Positions 37,952 through 50,205 of a DNA stretch of 64,000 nucleotides are shown here, piece after piece. The stretch comes from Camelus ferus. Taxonomy: Eukaryota. The notes under the pieces are model-generated. The model ran no database searches and was not told the DNA's origin. It saw nothing but the letters and a program-made list of their open reading frames with translations. The position numbers were made by a program, and so were the translations under genes. The stretch lies in contig NC_045696.1 in assembly GCF_009834535.1 (NCBI RefSeq), positions 83,950,001 to 84,014,000 on the forward strand. Reading direction: 5' to 3'. The number at the start of each line of letters is the position of its first letter. The first letter of the stretch is position 1.

Positions 37952-40900
37952 ATACTTGAAAACTTTTAAAATTGTCAGTTACTTTTGGGTCACATAATGG
38001 GACCAAAATTGGCTTTTAAGATAATCTTAGATAATACGATTTCTTTCTCTTTCAAAATGTTTAATTTCATATTACTAATTATTAGCTAAAATCTGCTATT
38101 ATATTAAAATGAATAGTTACTATTAGGCTTTTATTCTTTTGTTATTGACATTTTCTTTTTAAAAGAACAAATCAAAAACTTTGAAACAGAAAAAGTTACT
38201 TTTCTGACTTCGATTTAGTGAATGTACCTTGTGCAATATCTCTTAATATAATTTTTAAAAGTTCCCTGACTTAGCAAAGGCAAAAATTATACCATTGTTA
38301 CTCAGCTGTGAGAATACTGGCACGTACAAGTTTCATCTAGCATTGTATGTCAAGTGACATACGATATAAAATACAATTTAACCTGCCTTAGATATAGAAC
38401 AAGTGATTTAGGATTATTACATAGAGGAGGAGGTTTCTTAACTGGAAGGCTGAGTGTATCTAAAAAACATTAACTGCTTCAATGATTTTAAATTGCTTTG
38501 TGAAGTACACAACAATTAAATGCTCCAATAACTGATTTAATAAAAGTGAATGGCAAAAATTATACATCATAATACAGTATCTGTACACACTATTAAAAGG
38601 TGAAAAAACAATCAGATTAACTCTTCAAGTTACACAGGGTTGAAAGACCTTACATAAAACTTAGCTTTTCAAAACAAAATTTAGGTTATTAAGAAAATGA
38701 CAGCAGCAATCCAAAGTGGGGAAAATATCGAAAGTATCTCAGTGAGCTCTTCCGGGTCCATTCAAAAGAAGCTAAGACACTATGGGGGAAATGGACTACA
38801 AGTTGATAGGTACTCACTAAATTGCTAGGTTGTGCTAGAGAAACTACTTTCTGACACTTGAGTTACTGTTACTGGGAACTTTGGCATATCTAGGAAAAAC
38901 AATACACTTAGGAAAATGAGGTTATTAAATCAAAGTAAATTCCATCTGCACTTCCTTCCCACACTAAATTACGAGCTGTGAGCTCAGAAGGCTCGTTCCC
39001 TAGGCTGAACCAGAATAGGGCATTGAAGCAGCGGCTAGAACTGGAGGTACCACGCAGACTTCTGCAGCTATGCTGTCCACGAGGCCAGCGCTGAGCACTG
39101 CCAAGGCCAGATCTCAGAACTCACCCCTTCCCCATGCTGGCTCAACGATGATAAATACCTGTGCCATTTAGATTTTATAAGCCTGAGTAAGGTCTCCCAA
39201 TGTAACCATTTCACTGAAAATGAAACACTCAAGAGCAGTTACATTTTAGTTAAGGTAAAACTTCATATGACATTTATGTCTTTTTCTCTAAGCCCCTATT
39301 TCCAAGTGTCCAGCAAAAAATCACTGAATGTGTGTATATATGTGTAGTAGGGACTGTTACTTAAAAGTACATCTTTAAGTCACAAAAGTTCTAGAGGCAG
39401 GGAGAGACCACACAACTCCCAACTGGCACTGAATTGAAAACTTTATATCTAATGTATTTACACATGTGCGAGGTTGTAGTTAATAGCAATGTTTGCTCTA
39501 TTCATTCAGAAATCCAACAAAAGACAGTGATATTTATATTTAGCTCAATATAAGCAACTCTTGTGGGCAGAGGGCTGAATTTAGTGCTAAAAGAGATATC
39601 TAAAAAAATTTGTTTTTCTAGTTCTGCTTGTTTGTGAAAAATGTAAAAAGATCCTTCATTATAGATTGTCAAATATTTAAATAAACTGTTGCCAAATACA
39701 GACTATGTATAAGGCTCTCAAAGTAAATACTAAGGTAAGTTCTGAAGATACTAAGAACCTGGTGAGGAAAACAGGAACTCAGTTAACTCTACAAAAGAGA
39801 CCATGCTAAGCATTAAGAGTAAGGCCAATGAAACATGAAAAGATTAATCATCATTTCTAAGCCAATTTGTACTTGATAGATACATAGCTGATAGCATGCT
39901 AGTACAGGCTTATTAAAAAGTACACAAAAGACAGGCAAATATCTGCTATTATTAAATTTACTATTAAATAACTATTTACAATTAACAAGAATTCTCCAGG
40001 TCTTATAATAATAAAAGAAAAATCACATTTGAATTCTTAATTCTAATGCTAATCAGATTGATTTGTTTCTGGAAGGTCAAGTGCAAAAACAATAAATGCC
40101 CAATTCCACATGTGCTTAAACACAATCAGTCTGACTCTTTTCTTTTTTTTGGAAAGAATGATTAGAAAGATGGAGGAGCAAGTTCAATTTTTATAGGATG
40201 AAACATGCTTTTTAAAGATAAGCTTCAACAAAGGTACTTCACTTGAGACAAACAGTGGTGAGCCAAGGCTTCCCTGGCTGTGAGACGCAGGCCTTGAGTG
40301 ACACCGGGGAGAGCCTTTTTCCTTACCTATAACTCCCTGTCTCTAGGATGAATTTAGAAATGTTGGCACACAAAGTTGTAGGTAAGTCTCTGCAGTTCAC
40401 CCAGTCTGAATCATATTGGGCCCAAGTAACACTTTTGCAAAGGCTAACCAGCACAAAGACACTCTCAGACGGCCTAATGCATAATAATTATTCTGTGAGG
40501 TCAACTGACTCTTGTCTGTCAAAGTGCAAATGTCTCAATGTGTACGTTAAAGAAGTACCGGCCAACACTTCTAATGCGGTAAGTGGTTACAGGGCAACCT
40601 CTTTGTGCTGAGCATGATCTAAGTTGCTGAGAATGAGCAGGAGCTAATAACTTACTTTAAAAACACTTAACCAAACTTCAGGGACTAATGCGGAAAACAA
40701 CAGACGTTAAGATGAAAATAAAACAAAAAGAAATCTTTACCTTCGTATAACAATTAATCCTGATCCTCAAAGCAGTGTTTCACCTTAGGAGTTTGTTTTA
40801 AAATAGGGTGGGTGTGTGTGTGGGGGGGGGTCTTGTTCATCTTTGGTGTCTGGTTCAAGTACCTCTGTTATTAAGGAGGAAAACATCAGTTTTTACTTTT

Positions 40901-43900
40901 TAACATGATGTTCAAATCATACTAAGTTTCACTCAGAAGTGAATGTATTCATGCCGGATCTTCTCTGCTTTGCTTCAATAACCCATGATCATTCAAAACC
41001 TAATGAATTAATGACAGTGTGAGTCTAGTTAAAATGACAATGTAGGAAAGTACGGTCTCCCACTATGGGTACCGACCTCTAGAAATTAATAATTGGTGGA
41101 AAAAGGCCATGAAATCACTTATAGGCATTTAACTAAAAAAAGATCAAATTTCTTTTTTCTCTTGCTAAGAGTATGTTTCTCAAGACAGTGTTCTTCATAT
41201 CTATTCCCCCTTGTATTCCACTTTCCCCCCCTTCCACCACCCGCACCAAAACCATTTGATCTTGAACCTCCTTTAAATCTTGCTCTTTTGTGCTTCATGT
41301 ATCAGTGAATCCTCCTGCTAGAAAAAAAAAATCCATGCTACTCAATTATTTTCACATAATAGGGTTACAGTTAGAATTTTAAATTAAAAGAAAGTGCAAA
41401 GTATATTGTAATTTGAAATTAACCAAGTCTTTTGGCTAAAGGACATTAATCCCATGAGCTCCTTCCACTCAAGAGACATGCAGCACTCCAATGATTTTTC
41501 TCTCTCACCACATAAACATTCTGATAGCCATACACAAATAGTAAAAGTCGAGAGCAGAAGAATATGCTTTTAACGTAGGTAGTGCTTTACATAAAATTAT
41601 AAACAGTCATATGACGAACCTTCTCAATGCCAGGAACATACAATCAAGAAGTCTTCAGATTATCTGAGATTTAATGTGAACACCAATTTAAAATGTCTCA
41701 AGGGTTCAAGGTAACAAATACTCAAGTGCCACATATTGCCAGTGATTTTTCTTCTGTATAAAAACATGGTTTTCTTACTCCCAATGATACAGGAACTCAA
41801 TCTTTTTCACTGACAAAATTAAAAGAATCCAAATCTTGAAAACAGGTGAAAAAGCCAGTACTTTAATGCCAGACTCATTCATTCCTAATAAGATTCTACC
41901 CTTTTTGATACTTCAAAGCAGAAGACCCATCAACAGATAGGAATCAAAGTACATCTGAATTTCAACTGTTTTGATATTTATTTTCTCATTTACTTGATTA
42001 TTAACTGATTCTTAACCAAATCCTTTCAAACAGATCTTATGATAAAGACTGCGAAAGAACGTCATTGTTGGTATTATTATTAATTATTATTATTACCTAG
42101 GGGAAATAACCCAGTGACAGTTAAGTATTCAGTTTCACCAGATGAATCAGTAGCAGAGCCTGAGAGAGAATCTAACACTCTGATTCAGGACAATCTACTA
42201 AATCAGAAATAACAAAGGCAAACACAATATTTTCCAAGCCCAACTACACCCTAGTACCTATTTTTCCCCCTAAAATCATTTTCACAGAGTCACATCAGCT
42301 GTGTAGATTAATAGACTCTCCCATGATGTAGCAAAGATAAAATCCCACCCTTACCATGGCTGCTAAGTTTAGTGGTTAGTGTTGCTTTTTCTTTCTTCTA
42401 GGCTCTGCTGTTTTTAATATGTACCTGGTCTACTTGAGGACAATCTAAGAGCAGCTATTTTTCTAAGATCTGTCCCTCCATATATTTCTCAGGTATGAGG
42501 GTATGGAAGGGGGTGTTGGAGTATATACATTGATAAGTCACTTAGGATTGTCAGTAGTAACACTCAGTAGGACTGAACTTTAAGCTATGAAGGGAATTCT
42601 TTCCAACCATCTCTTTTCAAATAAGAATTTTGCGTACATTACAGAAATAAAACCAAAAAATCATGAGAAAATCAGCAAACCATGAAAACAAGAAAATAGA
42701 AGGTAATTATTCCGTTTTATTGATCCTAGTTCAAAAATCAAAACAAAACAAAACAAAAAAAACAGATTAAAGTATTCAAGCCGACTCTGAAATATACAAC
42801 TGTCACAATGAAAGCATTTCAGAGCAACATGTACTGCAATATGCTACTATGATTAAAAGCCATGTAATCTGAGGAATCTCTGTAACAAAAAGAAAAAGAA
42901 AAAGAACTAGGCAAATAGCTTTTTACAGACTTTTCTAAAGAGAAAAGCCTGTAATTTTATCATAGTCACACAAAGGTAAATGTGACTTTCATCTTTATCT
43001 AGTATTAAAACAAATTTTCATCCATAGGTATGTAACTACATTCAAAGATACCACACTTGGTTTAATACTAAGAATAAACTATTATTTTATGATACTATTA
43101 CATGTGTTTTAAAGCTGAACCCATCATAACACATACTAAGGAAAATCACCTAGCACATACTCTCTGAACAGAAAAGATCCCTGCACAGCTTTTCTTGTAC
43201 TTTTGTTTTTAAAAATGTACAAATATTACCAGACACAAATGAGAGAATAAGGAGCAGCAATGAAATACACCATATGTTCCCACTGTAGGCTGAATCCTGG
43301 TCTTTGTTCCAATATTTCAGAGCCACTGGAAGGAAAGCTAAGTATCCATTTATTAAAATACGTCTTTACATTATTGCTAGCAAAAGTTATACTTTGGATA
43401 GGTTCAGTCATCTTGAGTATAACTGCCCGCCTATATCTGCTTCTTTTATAGAGATCTCTTTCAATTCTATGAACCTGCAGTATAACCACCCTGGAAAACA
43501 GGTCAGTAGCAGGACAATCTGATAAAAACAACGTAAAGGGTAGATAGTGAAGAAGACTCCAAAGTTATTTTCCTAGTGAAAGAGTACTAAAGTAATTCTA
43601 TAACAATGACAAAATTTTTGTTTTTTTTACCAGCTACGCACCTATCCAAATATCATCCACCTTTTCCTCAACGAGCAGGGTTTCCCTCAATCTTAAAATC
43701 TCCCAGAACAGTTTTAATGGTACAACTCAAACCAAAATCACTAACCACGCCCTTTATACCGAGTCAAGCCACATTCTGCTTTTTATTCCCCCTCAAAGTC
43801 CAAAAACGTACATCTTTCACCTAAAAGGGTTTGCACCAGTTCCCTAACCCTAGTCAGAGACTCTTTTTCGCTGTGCCTCGATATAATTCCAGTTGGAAAA

Positions 43901-43949
43901 CGCTTTCTCCCGGGCAGAGCAGACGCCCAGAAGAGACACCCACGCTTAC

Positions 43950-44040
43950 CTCCCGCACACCTGCAACCCCTGACGGGATGCTGGAGCTGAGGCTCTGAGG
44001 ACTGCGCTCCGCTCCCGTTCCTGCTCTCCTCTCTCCCGGG
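43950..44040 (-). other. SERPINI1: SERPINI1 non-coding exon 1 (5' end approximate)
   Basis: Minus-strand ...GCATCCCGTCAGGGGTTGCAGGTGTGCGGGAG|gtaagc gives a strong donor at 43950/43949 at the CpG-island edge. It resembles the human SERPINI1 5'UTR as recalled. Intron 1 would be 3197-43949. Confidence 0.85.
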
Positions 44041-44754
44041 AAACTACAGCCCAGGGTGCGCCTCTGGCTGCCACAGGGACCTAAGCTCCGCCTCCCCCTC
44101 CTCTAGTTGGCGAATTCAGCAGCTGTTGCTCCTCCCCCTGCTGTTCCGGCTGCTGCCCCGGCTGGAGGCGGCGGGAAGCGGCTTTCCTGGTACCTTCGCG
44201 CTCCCCGCACTTCTGCGGCTGCTCTGCTGCTTCCCTTCTGTTGGGACCCCTCTTCCCTGTGTGACCTTACACCTGGAGCAGACTCCCGCCCCATTCGGGC
44301 ACCTCCACGAAAAGCCCAGGCGCAACCTACCCCTGCCCAACCCGCAGGTCTGGCCGCCCGGTGGGCCTGGTTCTTGGCCACTATCGGGGAAACTGCTTCT
44401 TCAGCCAGGGCGCATCCCCACACCACGCCTCCCTCTGCCCTGGCGATTCCCCAGCTGCTTCCTCTCCGCCCGTACGGCGTCCACAGCTCAGCCGCCCCAC
44501 GTTCCCCACTCGGAGCTCTTCCCCCACCCCCGTTCCTTCCTCGGCTCCACTAGCCCGCCCCCACAAAGGGTGAGTTGCCTGCGGGGCCGACCCTGCATCC
44601 TGATTGGCGCAGGTGAGGGCTGACCCCTCCCTTCCTCTTCTTTCCGTGCACCCTCTCTCTTCTTCTCACCTCCTCCCGCAAAGGCAGGGAACTCTCCTAC
44701 TATTGGCCGAAAGTGTCCCCACCCATCGCCTTAGGCTTCACCGCACAGCCTGAC

Positions 44755-44766
44755 GGGAATTGTAGT
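44755..44766 (-). promoter_or_regulatory. ACTACAATTCCC motif (ZNF143/THAP11-HCF1 type)
   Basis: GGGAATTGTAGT on +, the exact reverse complement of ACTACAATTCCC. Confidence 0.8.
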
Positions 44767-44879
44767 CTCCTACGTGCAGGAATTGCCGACGACGCCGGCG
44801 AGTGGGACTACGAGTCCCCATAGGCCCCTGCGCGACTCCGGCTGGGCAGGATTCCGGACAACGCCTGGTTCCTCTCGGG

Positions 44880-44964
44880 TCCTTCCGGCGTCGCCGGAGT
44901 GAATTGATCCGGGAGTTGAAGAGGGCTCCAAAGGTGGGAAGTGAAGTCAGTGCCTCAGTTGCCG
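44880..44964 (+). other. PDCD10: PDCD10 non-coding exon 1 (5' end approximate)
   Basis: ...GTGGGAAGTGAAGTCAGTGCCTCAGTTGCCG|gtaagg donor at 44964/44965. Resembles the recalled human PDCD10 5'UTR; no ATG inside. Confidence 0.8.
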
Positions 44965-45419
44965 GTAAGGTATGACTGTTCTGTCCCAGTCCTGATAGCC
45001 CCTCGCGGAGCAGAAGAGGTCTGGGGTCACACGGCGGCCGTGGCTGAGGCACTCGGGCTTGGCTCTGGCAGGCGGAGAGGACGGGGCTGGGAACGGGGCC
45101 CTATGGGCGTAAGCGAGGTTACCCTACGCGAGTGGCGTAAAGCGGGTTTGTAAATGCCGCCTGCCTTGCTCGGCCCTGAACGCCTCCAGGAAGTCTCCTC
45201 TAGGTGGGGGCGGGAGGGGAAGGGCGAGGTTGGCCTCTGGTGCCCCCGGAGAAGGGAGAGGGCGGATGTGCCTGGGGTGGGGTCCTCTGAAGGTGTGGCT
45301 TGGGGCGGGGAGATGAAGCTGCTGTTTTCCCCTTGATGTAGAAGTGGGATTGGGAAGGAGTGGAGGAAGGAAGGCGCTGCTTTTGAGGTCAGTCGGTTAT
45401 GCCCTTTGAGGGAAGAGGA

Positions 45420-45498
45420 GAACTATAGAAGGAACAGCAAATGTTGACAGAGATCTACGGATTCAGTTCCAGTTTCATGATGTGGTCCCTCTAAAGAG
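45420..45498 (+). other. PDCD10: Possible alternative non-coding PDCD10 5' exon (start uncertain)
   Basis: Donor-like AAAGAG|gtaatt at 45498/45499 just downstream of the island. Human PDCD10 has alternative 5'UTR exons in this area (recalled). No clear acceptor seen. Confidence 0.35.
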
Positions 45499-46225
45499 GT
45501 AATTTTACCCTAAACAGAGAAGCTTAACCCCTTTAAGATGTTAATTCCTAAGATGTGTTTACACCTTTGCTGTTTTCAAAGAGCATTCACAGTGGGATGC
45601 TAATGAAGAAACTGTAGGGATAGGTGACGTGCCCAAGGTCACACAGGTAGGTTCAGATCTTAATCTAATCCAGTTGTAATTCAGCTTCTGAATCAGAGTT
45701 GCTGCACCAGAAAGAAAGAGTAGGGAGGTGGTATTTTTTGAAGAGGGTGGAGAATGTTGCAAAGTAATACATTTTAGGTATTTCTAAGAAGCCATCTGTG
45801 AAGTGAAGAGTTTTTTTGAGCTGGGGAGAGATTCCTCAATAAATGCAGCACACACTGTAACCGTTTGGAAAAATAAGAAGAATCAGTTTCAACCTATTTT
45901 TTTCCTTATATTAGAGGCATGCTACAGTTTTAAAGGGTAGTTAGTGGGAAAGGAGAAAATCAGGTAACAATATATTTCATCTTTACAGGTGAAAGATACT
46001 CTTTTTCCCTTCCTAACTTAGTGTTTTTATCCTCATTTTGTAAAACTGAAAGCAATGGGATTGGAATTCTTTCACGAAAGTTATTTTACACTTTTTCAAA
46101 CAATATAGCACCAAGAGAGTATCTAGTGTGCTCGTACTATGAGGGAAGATACATTGCATTTCCTGGAGGTACCATCACATTTCTGTTGATTTTTATTTAT
46201 TTTTCCCCTCATTTTCTTGACTTGG

Positions 46226-46228
46226 TGT

Positions 46229-46261
<33 letters not shown>

Positions 46262-46263
46262 GT
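46226..46263. repeat. (TG)n microsatellite, imperfect
   Basis: Read directly from the sequence. Confidence 0.9.
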
Positions 46264-47859
46264 AAATAGTAACATCAGGCTCCAGTGTACTTTAATTTTC
46301 TTAGCATCATCTGGGACTTTTAACTCATCCTTATTTTACATTAAAGAGTGGAAGAATAGGACATTTGTGTTTTATATTGAATGTAAAGCAGTATGCTTGT
46401 TCCAATCTTATCCTTTATAATTATTATGACCAATTGTAATTACAGTTCATAATTACTAGACAGTTCTTTAATAGAATTTTAAGAGTATGTTCATTGACAA
46501 GAAGACTTTCTCCGTAAGTTTATATCTGAAAATCAGGTATCTACTGATAGCTCGTAATCAACTATGGTTTACAGCTATATAAATTGACCATTGAAATATG
46601 CTGCATTTTGAATATACTCTGCAGATATTAAAATTATCCACAATGTGTTTGATTTGTGAGAGCAAAATTTCTAGGACCCAGAGGTACTATTACATTCCCC
46701 TATGATTGAAGTTAAGATGGTGTGAAAATTAATATGACTTTTTTAAAATAGAAGAGAGGTATGATACTGTTGAATGAAATAAAATCAGGAATAATTAGCA
46801 CCATGAGTAAGTGGAGCAGTACAACAAGGAAGGAAGACTGACTAAACAAATGGAAAATTATGTGGGTTTAACTGGCTCTATGCTGAGTTAGAAGGTGCGG
46901 TGGTTTAAGTTGATCATAAACTGAACATGAGTCAGTGATAGTAAAGCAATAATGTTAAAGTATTTTCTATATGGCAGTGTTAAGGAATTAAATTTTGTTG
47001 GAGGAAGTGAGAAATGAGTTCTTCTAACTTTTGGCATGCAGCTGGGAGGTTGTGGAATGAGCTTTCAAACCCAAAGTCAGGAAAATTTGGAAATGAGTAA
47101 AATTAATGTAATGCACTTGTCTAATGTGTGTTAGTTTTTGTCCTTGATTCAGTTCTACCGCTAGCTTCTCTACAGCCCTGAGGTCCATTACAGTTTTGAT
47201 ATTTCACCCATGGGGAATGGTGAGCAGTAGAATGGTGGAATAATGTTTCTATTGTATTTATCATCTTTCAGTCATATGCTGGAGTACTGTGATCATTTTG
47301 GATCTCTGTATATTGAATAACAGGGCTCACAGAGTGATGTGTATCCTTGTACTTCTATAGTAGTTTGCAGTTCCCCAGTGTCCACGTTTGTTCTCATTTT
47401 GGGTTTTGTAGGAGCCTTGTGTCAACTTTTGAACATGATCTCTGACAGGGCTTAGGATGTGTCCCATATACATATATCTCTTTTTCTTTGAGCATATGAG
47501 GTGTTTAAGAACAGGACTGTTGTATTATCATTGTGTTCCCAGTAGGTAAAACAGGTAACTGAGTACCTGTTTACAAAGAGAATAAAATAAAGAGGTTCAT
47601 ATTGGTTAAGTGCAGTGTCTTGTAACTAATAACTGATGGAACCAAGACATAATCCAGGTCTTCTGACTACAGATCTTTAATATTGTGAAATAGAGACTCA
47701 GTTCCCTTAGATTCTTTTCCATGAGAAAAAGACTTAAATTACTTAAATATTCAAATACTATTACCATCTTACTCTGTTTAATGCTCACAATTTATCTTTT
47801 GTCTCCTATTTAGCTCTCCATTCCCAGGCTTTCTCATTTACTGTGCCATCCGGTTACTA

Positions 47860-48272
47860 CCTACATAAGCTTTTCCTGACTTGGGGGCCTTTGTACGTGT
47901 TCCATCCTCCTGCCTGGACTGCTTCCCCTCCCCTTCCCAAGTCTAGCCAACTCCTAGTTAATTTTCAAGTCTCAGTTTAAATGTCATTCCTCAGGGGAAT
48001 GTTCTCTGACCTTTGACCCCTCATTCCTGAAACCAGAGTGGGTTCCCACTATGTTTCCACCATACTCTGTACTTCTTTGAACATCATCACAATAGGAACT
48101 TAATTATTTCAGTGTTTAATTGATAAATGTCTCCCTCACTAGACTGTAAGCTACCTGGGCAGGTCCCTCCCATCTGTCATGTGCCTTACCTCACTACTTA
48201 TACAGTATGTGGCACAAAATAAATGCTCAGTAATTACTTGCTGCATTTATGAACAAGTGATTGAATGAGTGC
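47860..48272 (+). mobile_element. L2 3' region
   Basis: tcaagtctcagtttaaatgtc...ctagactgtaagct...ggcacaaaataaatgctcagtaattacttg. Confidence 0.8.
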
Positions 48273-49959
48273 ATTCATGCACAGTGCCTCTGCTACGGAC
48301 AGAAATACAGAAATGTTTATAAAAGAGATATAAAATAAAATCCTACCTTGGATAAAAAGGAGTCATTGACAGAAGTTAAGTGTAAACTGTAGAAAGATGT
48401 TTGTTTTTTCTTGGAGGTCTTTATAATCAGGATAGTTTTCTATGTGGAAATGGCAAAAGGGTCTCTTACAACAAAATTTCTGTATAACAGAGCATTTTGG
48501 AGACCTTATCACCATTCTGCTTTTGCAAGCAACATTCATTATAATAAAATATAGAAAGAAGAAACTAACTTTCAGTGGATTCTTTTCTTCCCTATTGTTA
48601 TCTCATTTTGTCCTCAGCAAAATTCATGCTTTTTTCTCCTTTCTTTGTTGTTTTGTTTTGTTTTTTAACCATGGTATCTTATTTGAATTTTACCTTTAAT
48701 ATAACTTGCCTTAGACAAGGTGGCTGTAAAATTGAGTAATGCTTATTTCAGAGGAGCTTATAGTTTGAGCTTCTTGGAAATTTTCATGTATCAGAGGGTC
48801 CTAAGGTAATATCTTATTTGCTTTAAACCTATATACTTATGAGAGTAAAAATATTATTTTCAAAACATGCAAACTGAATTTCAGGAATAAATTGTGTTAG
48901 TCTTTGGTTCTGAAAACAAATTTTCTAAACCTTCACAGTACTATAATAAAGGCATAGAATAAATTCAGCGGCTTAGCTGCTGTTACCTTAAATGCCATTG
49001 TGAATTTACCAATTCAGTCTCCCACAAGATACTGTCCAAAAGTGATTGCTGATATTTGGCTTGAAAGCCCAGTAATGCTCCCAGTTTATAAGTCTTTGAG
49101 AAGTCCTAAACTTACTTTTTTAGACAGTAGGTTCCTGTGTTATTGGAATCTTGGGTAAAAAATTCATATTGACCTGGCATACCAATATGTGGAGGATAAA
49201 ACTAAAGTACTGCTTCTTATATCTTGTTGGATTATTAAGGTCATTATGATAGGTAATGTTACTAAGAATTTTAAGCTAATTCCGTGATAAACAATTATTT
49301 CTCCATAATATAAACTGCAGGAGTGATTTCAAAGATAAATAGTGTGATTGATGGTGTATATTATTGTTTTTGAAATGTTATAGAAAGTTGCAGTTTTAGA
49401 GATTTACTTTTTAATAGGACACACAGTGTAAAAAATGAAAGCATCTTTATTGTAACAATCAGAAATAATTTATTTGCAGAAAGATAAACAATTTAGTTTG
49501 GTGGTCCATTTTTGAATGTATGAAGGTGAAAAATTCAGTTTTCTTATTTTATCTACACAATTGTGTCTTGAATGTAATGTGATATTACCATCTTATTTTT
49601 CAGGGTCACCCATATGTTTTTGGTATGCATAATTTTTTTTAACCACCTAAAAAGTGAAATGAATCTATTCAATCTTAATCTCACTCTGCAGTTGCCTGGA
49701 ATCAAATAAAGAGGGGATTTTTGTCAGCCAGCTTATGAATTATTGGATAACAGCAGTAGAACATATTATTTGGAACATATGAACAGTAGTGGTAGTTGCT
49801 ACTGTTTATGCAGGCCAGTTCTTGGAAATAAGCTTACCAGAAGTAAGTTAGCTTGCATAATAATGAAACGTTGGTTTGTTCATTTATCAAATGTTCCTTA
49901 AATATATATCATGTATAAAATTGCCTTAAATCTTGTTTGGAATGAGCTGGGTTATAATA

Positions 49960-50205
49960 GGATAGCCAGTATTTATTGAGCAGTAACTAAGTGCCAGATA
50001 TCATGCTAAACATTTTGCATGAGCTCATATAATCCTTGCACCAACTCTTATGAGTTAGAGGCACTATTATCCCCAATTTAAATGAGAAAACTAAAATACA
50101 GGGAGGTTAAGTAACTTTCTCAAGGTCTCAAAACCACTTACTGCTTGGAATTAGGATTTGAATCCATGCTGAGCAACTCAAGAGACCGTATTTTTAATCA
50201 TTACA
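49960..50205 (-). mobile_element. MIR SINE relic
   Basis: atttattgagcagtaactaagtgccag...tattatccccaatttaaatgagaaaact...gaggttaagtaactttctcaaggtc. Confidence 0.8.

Larger units (their letters stand above)
43860..45320. promoter_or_regulatory. CpG island / bidirectional promoter shared by SERPINI1 and PDCD10
   Basis: Sharp rise in GC and CpG against AT-rich flanks, with divergent first exons about 0.85 kb apart. ATTGG (CCAAT) boxes at 44603 and 44702, GC boxes, ETS-type CTTCCGG at 44882, ACTACA-TCCC motifs. The head-to-head arrangement is established in mammals. Confidence 0.95.

Noticed and set aside
44103..45336. Many overlapping 60-165 aa ORFs on both strands in the CpG island
   Set aside because: Pro/Ala/Arg/Gly-rich with no recognisable homology and mostly non-ATG starts. 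This is the expected stop-codon depletion of GC-rich promoter DNA.
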